DNA of 18,464 nucleotides from Fidelibacterota bacterium (GCA_043822705.1 JBDRBK010000190.1:1-18464), one strand, 5' to 3'; shown: positions 1 to 8,922, numbered from the stretch's first letter. The notes: generated by a model not told the origin, from the letters alone. Numbers and translations: made by a program.

Positions 1-1
1 G

Positions 2-2212
2 TTGTATTCGCACCAGGCAGCGGTCTGGAACAATCTCCGCGCCGGCAACAATGTCACTGTCGTGACGCCCACCGCCAGTGGCAAAACACTATGTTATAAT
101 CTGCCGGTTCTGCAGATGGTGCTGGACGATCCCGGCGCCAAAGCGCTGTACCTGTTTCCCACCAAGGCTCTGAGCCAGGATCAGGTGGCGGAACTGCACG
201 AAGTGATCGGCACCACCGGCGAGTCGATCCGGGTGTTTACCTTTGACGGCGACACGCCCCAGGACGCCCGCCAGAAAATCCGCAAACAGGGCCATATCGT
301 AGTCACCAATCCCGACATGCTGCACCAGGGCATTCTACCCCATCATACCAAATGGGTCCAGTTGTTTTCCAATCTCAAATATGTGGTAATCGACGAAATT
401 CACAGCTACCGGGGTGTTTTCGGCAGCCATGTGACCAATGTTCTGCGGCGGTTACGCCGAATCTGCGAATTTTATGGTGCCAATCCCCGGTTCATCTGCT
501 GCAGCGCCACGATCGGAAACCCCCGGGAACACGCCGAGGCGCTGACCGAACTGCCGATGACGCTGGTGGATCAGAACGGCGCGCCTGCCAACGAGCGCTA
601 TTTTCTGTTTTACAATCCGCCGGTAGTCAATAAGGAACTGGGTATCCGGGCCAGCTACATTAAACAGGCCCGTGATGTGGCGACGGAACTGCTGCGTCGC
701 AATATTTCGACGATCGTATTTGCCCTGAGCCGCCTGAATGTGGAGGTACTGACAAAATATCTGCGGGACCAGTTCGCCCGTGACCGCGAACAACTGGCGG
801 CGCCGGACGCCATTGCCGGTTATCGCGGCGGCTACCTGCCGGGACGGCGGCGGGCGATAGAAAAAGGGCTCCGGGACGGCTCCATTCGGGGCGTGGTCGC
901 CACCAACGCGCTGGAACTGGGGATCGACATCGGCAGCCTGGAAGCGGCGGTGCTGGCGGGCTATCCGGGCACGATTGCTTCCACCTGGCAGCAGGCCGGC
1001 CGGGCCGGACGCCGGGGCAAAGCAGCGGTAATTATTTTAATCGGTCGCTCGGCGCCGGTGGATCAGTTTCTGATCAGCCATAACGATTATTTTTTCGGGA
1101 AAAGCCCCGAACGTGCGCGGATCAATCCCGACAATCTGACGATCCTGGTCGATCATGTCAAATGCGCCGCCTTCGAATTGCCCTTCCGCCAGCGGGAAGC
1201 CTTCGGCCGGGTCGAAGCCGCGGCAACGGCCCAGGTGCTGGATTATCTGAAGGACGGTGGCATCGTCCATTTTGATGGGGGCCAGTGGCACTGGGCCAGC
1301 GATGTTTACCCGGCGGTGAACGTATCGTTGCGGCGGATCGAAAAGGGTAATTTCGTGGTGGTCGAAAAAGGGGCCGAAAATAAGATCATCGCCGAGGTCG
1401 ATTACGGCAACGCCGCCATGACGATCTTCCCTGACGCGATTTACATGGTCGGCGGCGAACAGTATATCGTCGATGCACTGGACTGGGACGGCCGCAAGGC
1501 GATTGTCCGCTCAACCGACTCCGATTATTATACTGACGCCATCGATTATACCAACGTGAAGATTCTGGACGAATTCGAAAACCGCCGTGCTGGCCGGATC
1601 GATATCTCTCTGGGTGAAGTGCAGGTCATGACCCGGGCCGTCGGATTCAAGAAGATTAAGTTCTATACCATGGAAAATGTCGGCTTCGGCGATATTAACC
1701 TGCCGGACCTGGAAATGCACACCACTGCTTACTGGTTTACCATACCCCAGCGGATTCTCGACGATCTGCCGTACACACCGGCTGATTGTATCGATGGCAT
1801 TCTGGGACTAGCCAATGCCCTGCATGCCGTGGCGGCCCTGAATCTGATGTGCACGGTGCTGGATATTCACCGCAGTGTCGGCGACAAGTCGGCCGAATGG
1901 TATGTGCGGAATGTGTACGGTCAGCGCGGCGTCTATTCTGCGGCCGATGGTGCTTTCGGCGAGCGCCGGGTCGACCTGAGTGGTAGTGCTGATTTTCAGC
2001 CCACGATATTTATTTACGATAACTACCAGGGTGGCATCGGCTTCAGTCAGCAACTGTACGATATCCATGAAACGCTATTGCGCCAGACTGGTGAGTTGAT
2101 CGGTTCCTGTTCCTGTGAGAGCGGCTGCCCGTCCTGCGTCGGACCGTCGCAGGAGGTGGGTGTGTCCAGCAAGCAGGTGGCGTTGGATATTCTCAACCTG
2201 CTGAGCCGATAA
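2..2212 (+). CDS. mrfA: SF2 DEAH-box helicase with C-terminal 4-Cys Zn-binding (DUF1998/MZB) domain, MrfA/YprA/Hrq1 family; 5' end lies outside the window
   Basis: Motifs seen: Q-motif-like YSHQ, Walker A TPTASGKT, Ia LFPTKALSQDQ, TNPDMLH, II DEIH, III SAT, V TNALELGIDIG, VI QAGRAGR. The C-terminus has LMC...IYDNYQGGIG...CSCESGCPSC, typical of DUF1998. The frame is open from the window edge, so the start at 2 is probably not the real start. Confidence 0.9.
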   Translation: MYSHQAAVWNNLRAGNNVTVVTPTASGKTLCYNLPVLQMVLDDPGAKALYLFPTKALSQDQVAELHEVIGTTGESIRVFTFDGDTPQDARQKIRKQGHIVVTNPDMLHQGILPHHTKWVQLFSNLKYVVIDEIHSYRGVFGSHVTNVLRRLRRICEFYGANPRFICCSATIGNPREHAEALTELPMTLVDQNGAPANERYFLFYNPPVVNKELGIRASYIKQARDVATELLRRNISTIVFALSRLNVEVLTKYLRDQFARDREQLAAPDAIAGYRGGYLPGRRRAIEKGLRDGSIRGVVATNALELGIDIGSLEAAVLAGYPGTIASTWQQAGRAGRRGKAAVIILIGRSAPVDQFLISHNDYFFGKSPERARINPDNLTILVDHVKCAAFELPFRQREAFGRVEAAATAQVLDYLKDGGIVHFDGGQWHWASDVYPAVNVSLRRIEKGNFVVVEKGAENKIIAEVDYGNAAMTIFPDAIYMVGGEQYIVDALDWDGRKAIVRSTDSDYYTDAIDYTNVKILDEFENRRAGRIDISLGEVQVMTRAVGFKKIKFYTMENVGFGDINLPDLEMHTTAYWFTIPQRILDDLPYTPADCIDGILGLANALHAVAALNLMCTVLDIHRSVGDKSAEWYVRNVYGQRGVYSAADGAFGERRVDLSGSADFQPTIFIYDNYQGGIGFSQQLYDIHETLLRQTGELIGSCSCESGCPSCVGPSQEVGVSSKQVALDILNLLSR

Positions 2213-2306
2213 ACACAGTATCCCGGGCGGTAGAAAATTTTTTTACCAAAATCTGCCATAAGGCTTAATATTATTAATTAATACCGCTAAACAACAGAAT
2301 TATTTA

Positions 2307-2336
2307 TTGACACAACCATTATTGTCTTAATAATTT
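2307..2336 (+). promoter_or_regulatory. Sigma-70-type promoter for lrp(-glnA)
   Basis: Perfect TTGACA at 2307-2312, an 18-nt spacer, then TAATTT at 2331-2336, in an AT-rich intergenic region. The ATG follows 5 nt later. Confidence 0.6.
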
Positions 2337-2341
2337 TTACC

Positions 2342-2806
2342 ATGTTAGACAACAAAGATTTTGAAATAATGACCCTGATGCAGGCTAACGCACGCATCAC
2401 TGCCAGCGAAATTGCCGCCGATGTCGGTCTTTCGGTGCCGGCGGCGGCCGAACGCATCAAGAAACTGCACGACAGTGGTTATATCCGCCAGTTCACGGCC
2501 ATTCTGGACCACCAGCGCCTCGGTTTTGATCTGACCGCCTATATTACCGTAGTCAGCTCATCCTCCGATCATTACGATGAAGTTATCGGCTGTGCCCGGC
2601 AGACGTCGGCGGTGCTGGAATGCCATTCGGTAACCGGCGAAGGCTCGCACCTGCTCAAGGTCCGGGTGCGTAATTCGGCGGCGCTGGAAACCCTGTTGCA
2701 CGATATCCAGCTCTGGCCCGGTGTCGCCCGAACCCATACCATGGTGGTGTTGTCGACCTATAAAGAGGGACTGCAACTGAATCTGTCGGCTGACAGTGTT
2801 CGGTAG
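2342..2806 (+). CDS. Lrp/AsnC family transcriptional regulator
   Basis: 154 aa. N-terminal HTH LDNKDFEIMTLMQANARITASEIAADVGLSVPAAAERIKKL..SGYIR and C-terminal RAM domain ECHSVTGEGSHLLKV. Confidence 0.93.
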   Translation: MLDNKDFEIMTLMQANARITASEIAADVGLSVPAAAERIKKLHDSGYIRQFTAILDHQRLGFDLTAYITVVSSSSDHYDEVIGCARQTSAVLECHSVTGEGSHLLKVRVRNSAALETLLHDIQLWPGVARTHTMVVLSTYKEGLQLNLSADSVR

Positions 2807-2869
2807 CAGGTCTTTTTCCGGTCGTTTCCAATAACGATAGTTTCGCCAAATTCACATAAAAGGTAAATC

Positions 2870-4198
2870 ATGACTAAAGAACAGATTCTTGCTATTGTCA
2901 AAAAGGAAAACGTCAAATTTGTCGACATGCAGTTTTCCGACCTGCTCGGTATTGTCAAAGCACTCACGATTGCGGCCACCAAACTGGAAGAAGCGCTGGA
3001 AAATAATGTCTGGTTCGACGGTTCCTCAATTGAGGGTTTCACGCGCATTTTTGAGAGCGACATGTACCTTAAACCGGAGCTGGATACATTTGCGATTATC
3101 CCCTGGACCCGGGGTACTGACTTTGTTACCTGTCGCTTTATCTGTGATGTTTACATGCCTGACGGCAGCCTCTATGCCGGCTCGCCGCGTTCGGTTTTAA
3201 AACGCCAGCTGCTGATTGCCCAGAATCTGGGATATGAATACAATGTCGGCCCTGAACTGGAATTTTTCCTGTTTCGCAAAGATAATTTCCATGTCAAGCC
3301 GCTGGTACATGATCGCGGCGGCTACTTTGATCAGTCCACCGACATGGCGACCCAGATTCGTCAGGAAATGGCCCTGGCACTGCAGGCCCTGAATATCGAT
3401 GTCGAAGCGCTGCACCATGAGGTGGCCGAAGGACAGCACGAGATCGATTTCCGTTACGGCTATGCCCTGCCGGTGGCCGACCAGGTAATTACCTTCAAGT
3501 ACGCCGTCAAGACCGTTGCCCACCGCAATGAGCTGCATGCGACTTTCATGCCCAAGCCGATCGCCGGCATCAACGGTTCGGGGATGCATGTTCATCAGAG
3601 CATTTTCCAGGGTGACAACAATATTTTCTATGATAAAAATGGCCGTTACCACTTGTCCGAAACAGCGCGCCATTTCATCGGCGGTCAGCTTCAACACGCC
3701 CGTGCTCTGACGGCGATTCTCAATCCGATCGTCAATTCCTATAAACGCCTGGTTCCCGGCTACGAAGCGCCGGCCTATATATCCTGGGCCAATACCAACC
3801 GTTCGTCGCTGATCAGGATTCCGCGCTACACGCCGGGACGGGAGAATTCCACCCGTTGTGAGCTGCGCTCGGCCGATCCGACCGCCAACCCCTACCTGGT
3901 CTTTGCGGTGATGCTGGCCGCCGGTCTGGATGGAATCAAAAACAAGATCGAACCGCCGGAGCCGATGGAAGAAAACATCTATGAATTGACCGAAGCGGAT
4001 CTGAATCTGAAGAAAGTCGGCACGCTGCCGGCCAGTTTGCGGGAAGCGGTCGATGCCCTGAAAAAGGATCCGGTGATCACTGGCGCACTCGGTGAGGAAC
4101 TGACCGAAAAGTACTGCCGCGCTAAAATGACGGATTGGAAGGAATATTCCGCCGCCGTCAGCCAGTGGGAGCTGGACCGCTACTTGGAAATCTATTAA
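2870..4198 (+). CDS. glnA: Type I glutamine synthetase (short, GSI-alpha-like)
   Basis: 442 aa. Motifs FDGSSIEGF, GPELEFFLF, HHEVAEGQHEI, TFMPKP..GINGSGMHVHQS, KRLVPGYEAP, NRSSLIRIP and ELRSADPTANPY. SD-like AAAGGT upstream. Confidence 0.95.
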   Translation: MTKEQILAIVKKENVKFVDMQFSDLLGIVKALTIAATKLEEALENNVWFDGSSIEGFTRIFESDMYLKPELDTFAIIPWTRGTDFVTCRFICDVYMPDGSLYAGSPRSVLKRQLLIAQNLGYEYNVGPELEFFLFRKDNFHVKPLVHDRGGYFDQSTDMATQIRQEMALALQALNIDVEALHHEVAEGQHEIDFRYGYALPVADQVITFKYAVKTVAHRNELHATFMPKPIAGINGSGMHVHQSIFQGDNNIFYDKNGRYHLSETARHFIGGQLQHARALTAILNPIVNSYKRLVPGYEAPAYISWANTNRSSLIRIPRYTPGRENSTRCELRSADPTANPYLVFAVMLAAGLDGIKNKIEPPEPMEENIYELTEADLNLKKVGTLPASLREAVDALKKDPVITGALGEELTEKYCRAKMTDWKEYSAAVSQWELDRYLEIY

Positions 4199-4225
4199 TT
4201 CACCCCGGAACTCCCAATCCCGGAT

Positions 4226-4266
4226 GCGGGTTGTGTGATCTGTAGCGCACAGCCCGCTTTCTCTTT
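4226..4266 (+). terminator. Rho-independent terminator after glnA
   Basis: 12-bp stem GCGGGTTGTGTG (4226-4237) / CGCACAGCCCGC (4246-4257) with two G.U pairs and an 8-nt loop, followed by TTTCTCTTT. Confidence 0.75.
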
Positions 4267-4299
4267 CATGTTATGGGGCGGATTCATGTAAATTTTGTC

Positions 4300-5535
4300 A
4301 TGCGTAAATACCAGGGATACTTGGTTTGGGCGGTAATTTTTATTTTAACACTGGGAACGCAGGGAATAAAACTGCGCGCCGATAACACCTGCCCGATTAT
4401 TCTGGTTCATGGATTATTAGGCTGGGGTCGCGATGAAATGGGTGGCTATCGTTACTGGGGCGGTGGCGAAGATCTGGAAAAATATCTCCGGGAACAGGGC
4501 TTCCAGGTATTCACGGCGTCGATCAGTCCGGTAGCCTCGAACTGGGACCGGGCGGTGGAATTGTACTATTGCATCAAAGGCGGCCAGGTGGATTACGGAC
4601 AATCGCATGCGGACCAGTTCGGGATTATTCAAAAGCCGGCCGGCAAGGTTTATCCGGGTCTGTACCCGGAGTGGAATGCCGAACACCCGGTCCATCTGAT
4701 CGGCCACAGTATGGGCGGGCAGACCGTACGCATGCTCCAGTTTCTGCTGATAAATGATTTCTATCTCGATTCCGGTTATTCCGTGCCGGAGGAAAGTTTC
4801 CTGCTGGGCCAGTCACATTCGGGCTGGATCAAGTCGATCACTACTTTTTCGACCCCCCATAATGGCACCACGCTGACCAATATAATTACCAAAACCATGC
4901 CTTTTCTGCAGGATATTATCGCCGTGGCGGCCGTTACCGGCAGCGGTTTCTATGATTTCGACCTGCAGCAGTGGGGCTTCGACCGGGAAAAAGGCGAACC
5001 CTGGATATCTTATTTCCAGCGGATGCGTGAACATCCGGCCTGGGGCACGAAAAATATCAGCGCCTGGGATTTAAGTCTGGATGGCGCCCGTGATCTCAAC
5101 ACCGGATTGATTGCCGACCAGGATATTTATTATTTTTCCTATGCCACCACCAGCACCCGGCGCGACTCGGCCCGCAATCGTTATGTGCCGGACCGGGACA
5201 TGAGCCTGACTTACCAGGCCAACGCCCGCCTGCTGGGCTCGCTGCAACTTTTCTGGAGCGACGGTAGTGCCACCGATTCGACCTGGTTTGAAAACGACGG
5301 CATGGTCAATACGGTGTCCATGAGAGGACCCACCACCGGATTGAACGGTCCGGATCCGATCGCTGTTTATAATCCCAGCGAATCGTTGATTCCCGGCCAA
5401 TGGTACTTTATGGGAAAACTGGATTTCGATCATAAACAATTGGTGGGGCACGGTCTGCTGGGCCCGCGGAAATGGGACCAGGCGCGGGCGATATTTCTGG
5501 AGCAATGCCGGTTATTATGGACTCTGCCCGATTGA
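4300..5535 (+). CDS. Secreted triacylglycerol lipase, Staphylococcus/Geobacillus type (family I.5/I.6-like)
   Basis: Motifs PIILVHGLLGWGRDEM, SNWDRAVELYY.IKGG.VDYG, nucleophile GHSMG, TPHNGT, catalytic Asp in ENDGMVNT and catalytic His in DFDH. ATG 4300 gives a signal-peptide-like N-terminus (MRK plus a hydrophobic stretch). ATG 4273 is an alternative start. Confidence 0.88.
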   Translation: MRKYQGYLVWAVIFILTLGTQGIKLRADNTCPIILVHGLLGWGRDEMGGYRYWGGGEDLEKYLREQGFQVFTASISPVASNWDRAVELYYCIKGGQVDYGQSHADQFGIIQKPAGKVYPGLYPEWNAEHPVHLIGHSMGGQTVRMLQFLLINDFYLDSGYSVPEESFLLGQSHSGWIKSITTFSTPHNGTTLTNIITKTMPFLQDIIAVAAVTGSGFYDFDLQQWGFDREKGEPWISYFQRMREHPAWGTKNISAWDLSLDGARDLNTGLIADQDIYYFSYATTSTRRDSARNRYVPDRDMSLTYQANARLLGSLQLFWSDGSATDSTWFENDGMVNTVSMRGPTTGLNGPDPIAVYNPSESLIPGQWYFMGKLDFDHKQLVGHGLLGPRKWDQARAIFLEQCRLLWTLPD

Positions 5536-5627
5536 GTCCGATCGCCAAAAAGGAATTAGCGGCCTAATTCAATTTTATTGAATAATCCGGTGGACTTAAA
5601 CTTCGCCGGTTGAACGAGGATGAAAAA

Positions 5628-7625
5628 ATGAGCAAATCACCGATTCAAATTTCCGACCTTTACCGCCTGAAACTGGTTTCCGATCCCCAGGTTTCACCGG
5701 ACGGCCGCCAGGTGGCTTATGTCGTCGAGACGATGCACAAAACCGATAAAACCTATTATCGCAACCTGTATTTAATGGGGGCCGACGGGCATCACCCGCG
5801 ACAATTGACTTTCGGCAAGCGCCACGACCACACGCCGCGCTGGTCCCCCGACGGCCAGACCCTGGCTTTCATCGGCCGGCGCGATACCGGTGCCAAAGAT
5901 GCTCCCAGCGACCAGATTTGGGTATTGCCCATGAACGGCGGCGAGGCGTTGCCGTTAACCGGTCTCAAGCGCGGAACCGTATCCAATCTGCTCTGGTCGC
6001 CGGACGGCAAGTCCCTGGCGTTCCTGTTTCATCCCCTGGGGAAAGAGGTCGAACTGGACCAGAGCGGCAAACCGGTTGTACCGGTCTATCGCCATATCAA
6101 AAATATCTGGTACCGGTTGGACGGCGAAGGTTTCTACGACAGTGAATTCACCCATCTCTGGGTGGCCGACCGCAAGACCGGTCGCGCCCGGCAACTGGTC
6201 GACGGTTCCTGGCACGACGCCCATCCGGCCTGGTCGCCCGACGGCCAGACCCTGGCCTTTATTTCATTTCGTGAAGACGATTGGCAACTGCGGGTCGAGG
6301 AACAGGCGGTTTATTCGGTTCCGGCACAGGGCGGAGCAGTGACTGAAATTGTGACTCCGACCGGTCCCAAAGAGGGACTGTCCTATTCCCCGGATGGTGA
6401 CAAGCTGGCCTATTTTGGACACCAGCGCCCGTATCAGGGCTGGGGTGTGGTCAATTTTGTCCTGAACGTCATTGACCGGAACGGTGATCACCGCACTTAC
6501 GGCAACGAACTTGATCGTCTGGCCGGGGCCCAGACTATCGGTGACGTGACACCTTCATTTGTCGTCGCCGCACCGCTCTGGTCGCCGGATGGAAAACAGG
6601 TCTTTTACCGCATCACCAGTAACGGCGGTCAGCCGCTGGTCGCTGCCAATCTCGTCAGTGGTGCGACCGGTTACGTATCACCATCGACCGCCTTGACGGT
6701 CTCGGGCACGATGGATTTCGCGACCGGGCGCTATTATTTCCACGGTGCCGCGCTCGAGGCACCCGACGAAATTTATGTCCTCAACATCAATTCCGGTAAA
6801 ATCCGGCGGTTGTACCAGCATAACCGTGCCTACTGTTCCAGCCGTGCTTTCCTGCCGGCGGAAGAAATACATTTTATGAGCGGCAATCAGCTGTTGCAGG
6901 GCTGGCTGGTCAAACCGTCGGATTTCGATCCCGGGCAAAAATATCCCTTGATTCTGGAGATTCACGGCGGTCCCCGCGGGCAGTACGGACGCACCTTTTT
7001 CCACGAAATGTATGTGCTGGCGGCAGCCGGGTACGTGGTGGTCTACACCAATCCCCGGGGCAGTCAGGGTTACGGCGAGGATTTCGCGGCAGCCATCGCC
7101 GCCAAGTGGGGCGAACCGGCCATGACCGATCTGCTGGCAGCGGTGGATTACGTCGTGTCGCTGGGATTCGTGGATGAACAGCGCCTGGGCGTGACCGGCG
7201 GCAGTTACGGCGGCTACATGACCAATTGGATCGTGACCCATACCGATCGCTTCCGGGCGGCCGTGACCCAGCGCTGCGTGTCCGATCTGTCCAGCATGTT
7301 CGGCAATTCCGATATTGGCTGGGACATGGCTGACGAGTTCGGCGGACCGCCCTGGAAAAATCGGGAGGTGTACCTGGAATGGTCGCCGATCACCCACATT
7401 GAAAATTGTCATACACCATTGCTGATCATTCACAGTGAAAACGATCTGCGCTGCAACATCGAGCAGGGTGATCAGATGTTCACCGCACTGAAATTTCTGC
7501 GCCGGGATGTTGAATATGTCCGTTTCCCGGAGGAATTCCACGGTCTTTCCCGGCACGGCCGGCCAGACCGGCGCGAAGCCAGGCTGAAATTCATAGTGGA
7601 CTGGTTCGACAAATATCTGAAATAA
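5628..7625 (+). CDS. S9 (prolyl oligopeptidase/acylaminoacyl peptidase) family serine peptidase, YuxL-like
   Basis: Beta-propeller with repeated W/YSPDG motifs, then IHGGP, NPRGSQGYG, nucleophile GGSYGG, Asp in SENDLRC and His in EEFHG. SD GAGGA at 5616-5620 favours ATG 5628 over TTG 5610. Confidence 0.92.
   Translation: MSKSPIQISDLYRLKLVSDPQVSPDGRQVAYVVETMHKTDKTYYRNLYLMGADGHHPRQLTFGKRHDHTPRWSPDGQTLAFIGRRDTGAKDAPSDQIWVLPMNGGEALPLTGLKRGTVSNLLWSPDGKSLAFLFHPLGKEVELDQSGKPVVPVYRHIKNIWYRLDGEGFYDSEFTHLWVADRKTGRARQLVDGSWHDAHPAWSPDGQTLAFISFREDDWQLRVEEQAVYSVPAQGGAVTEIVTPTGPKEGLSYSPDGDKLAYFGHQRPYQGWGVVNFVLNVIDRNGDHRTYGNELDRLAGAQTIGDVTPSFVVAAPLWSPDGKQVFYRITSNGGQPLVAANLVSGATGYVSPSTALTVSGTMDFATGRYYFHGAALEAPDEIYVLNINSGKIRRLYQHNRAYCSSRAFLPAEEIHFMSGNQLLQGWLVKPSDFDPGQKYPLILEIHGGPRGQYGRTFFHEMYVLAAAGYVVVYTNPRGSQGYGEDFAAAIAAKWGEPAMTDLLAAVDYVVSLGFVDEQRLGVTGGSYGGYMTNWIVTHTDRFRAAVTQRCVSDLSSMFGNSDIGWDMADEFGGPPWKNREVYLEWSPITHIENCHTPLLIIHSENDLRCNIEQGDQMFTALKFLRRDVEYVRFPEEFHGLSRHGRPDRREARLKFIVDWFDKYLK
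5841..6262 (+). repeat. Intragenic propeller-blade (PD40-like) repeat pair at 5841-5872 and 6231-6262
   Basis: TGGTCCCCCGACGGCCAGACCCTGGCTTTCAT versus TGGTCGCCCGACGGCCAGACCCTGGCCTTTAT; both lie in the peptide WSPDGQTLAFI. Confidence 0.7.
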
Positions 7626-7649
7626 ACTACGAGTACTACTGGAACAGGA

Positions 7650-8303
7650 ATGAAAAACGGTACGAAACAGGCGGTTTTATTTGATATGGATGGAGTGATC
7701 ATCGATTCCGAACCGCTCTATGCGCGGGTGCAGGAAGCCGGCCTGCGCAAATACGGGCTCGAACTGCAACCGGCCGATTATCTGCGTTTCAAGGGATTAT
7801 CGGAGGAGGCGGTATTTGATATCATCGAAAAAAAATATGGTGTTGTCTGGGATCGCGCGCAGGTCATCGCCGACAGCCGCCGGCTGATGCTGGCAGAATT
7901 CCAGCGCAGCCTGAAGTATATGGACGGTTTTCCCGCCATTCTGGAGCGTCTGCCCACCGGTTGTGCCCATGGTCTGGTCACCTCTACCAGCCATGATTTT
8001 CTGGACCTGATCGACCGGATTATCGTGGTAAAAACCTATTTTTCGGAAATCGTGGCTGGCGGTGATGTGGCCGAAAGCAAGCCGCATCCGGCGCCCTACC
8101 GGGAAATGATGCGGCGCCTGCGGGTTGCGCCGGAACGGACCGTGGTGATCGAGGATTCGATCAATGGCATTCGCTCGGGCAAAGCCGCCGGGGCGGCCGT
8201 GATCGGCCTGTCCGCCACCTACCCCTGCCGGGAATTGAGTGAGGCCGATATCTGCGTCGGCTCCCTGGATGAAATTACCGGCGAGATGATTAATGATATC
8301 TGA
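7650..8303 (+). CDS. HAD-superfamily phosphatase (subfamily IA, CbbY/beta-PGM-like)
   Basis: Motif I FDMDGVIIDSE, motif II VTST, KPHP and motif IV IEDSINGI. Confidence 0.9.
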   Translation: MKNGTKQAVLFDMDGVIIDSEPLYARVQEAGLRKYGLELQPADYLRFKGLSEEAVFDIIEKKYGVVWDRAQVIADSRRLMLAEFQRSLKYMDGFPAILERLPTGCAHGLVTSTSHDFLDLIDRIIVVKTYFSEIVAGGDVAESKPHPAPYREMMRRLRVAPERTVVIEDSINGIRSGKAAGAAVIGLSATYPCRELSEADICVGSLDEITGEMINDI

Positions 8304-8841
8304 CGCGGTCAAAATTAAAATCATGCCGCTGGACCGGGCCCACCTGGATTTCTGGTACCTGTTGCACAATGACCCGGAAAACATGCGTCATCAGCCGATC
8401 ATTCAGACTTCCCGCGAACAACTGGAATTGCAGTTACGCAATTTACGCGAATATGACCTGGGCGATCACGATCAGACTTCCTACAAGTGGGCGGTAATCG
8501 AAATCGATAGCGACCAGCCAGCCGGAATCGTTTCATTTTACCGTATGCAGGAAGATCATGCCATCGGCCGGATCGGTTACACCTTCCTGCCGAAATTCTG
8601 GAATCGCGGGATTGCCTCGGCCGCGGTCAAACTGGCGGTGGAACAAATCTTTACCCGGGGCGGCATCGAACGGCTGGAGGCGGTCTGCAGCATCCATAAC
8701 CAGGCCAGTCGGCGGGTGCTGGAAAAAGCCGGTTTCGGATACGAGGGTATAAGACGCGGGTATTTGCGGATTCGCGGGGAGCGCGTCGATCATTTCAGTT
8801 TCGGGTTGTTGAAAAGTGACTGGCTGAAAAACAAACATTGA
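8293..8841 (+). CDS. GNAT N-acetyltransferase, RimJ/RimL family
   Basis: Motifs IGYTFLPKFWNRGIAS and NQASRRVLEKAGFGYEG. Overlaps the HAD stop by 11 nt. Confidence 0.9.
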   Translation: MISDAVKIKIMPLDRAHLDFWYLLHNDPENMRHQPIIQTSREQLELQLRNLREYDLGDHDQTSYKWAVIEIDSDQPAGIVSFYRMQEDHAIGRIGYTFLPKFWNRGIASAAVKLAVEQIFTRGGIERLEAVCSIHNQASRRVLEKAGFGYEGIRRGYLRIRGERVDHFSFGLLKSDWLKNKH

Positions 8842-8922
8842 TGGTCAGTTAGCCGCCCGACTGCAACAGAGCACAGATATTTTTAATCTATATATTCGTC
8901 TCAAGAACCGTCAACTAATCGT

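Noticed and set aside
2..2212. DISARM DrmB or another anti-phage defence helicase (also DUF1998)
   Set aside because: This is a full helicase with MrfA-type motifs, mrfB is nearby, and no drmA/methylase/PLD genes are in the window. The upstream context is not visible.
2807..2869. Glutamine (glnA) riboswitch or GlnR/TnrA box upstream of glnA
   Set aside because: Only a 5-bp hairpin TCGTT/AACGA is present. There is no TGTNA-N7-TNACA and no glnA-motif core.
6678..7556. 292-aa antisense ORF, and other long minus-strand ORFs such as 9273-9896, 7797-8384 and 3197-3697
   Set aside because: They lie opposite well-supported + strand genes and show no recognisable motifs. Such shadow ORFs are expected from GC-biased codon usage.
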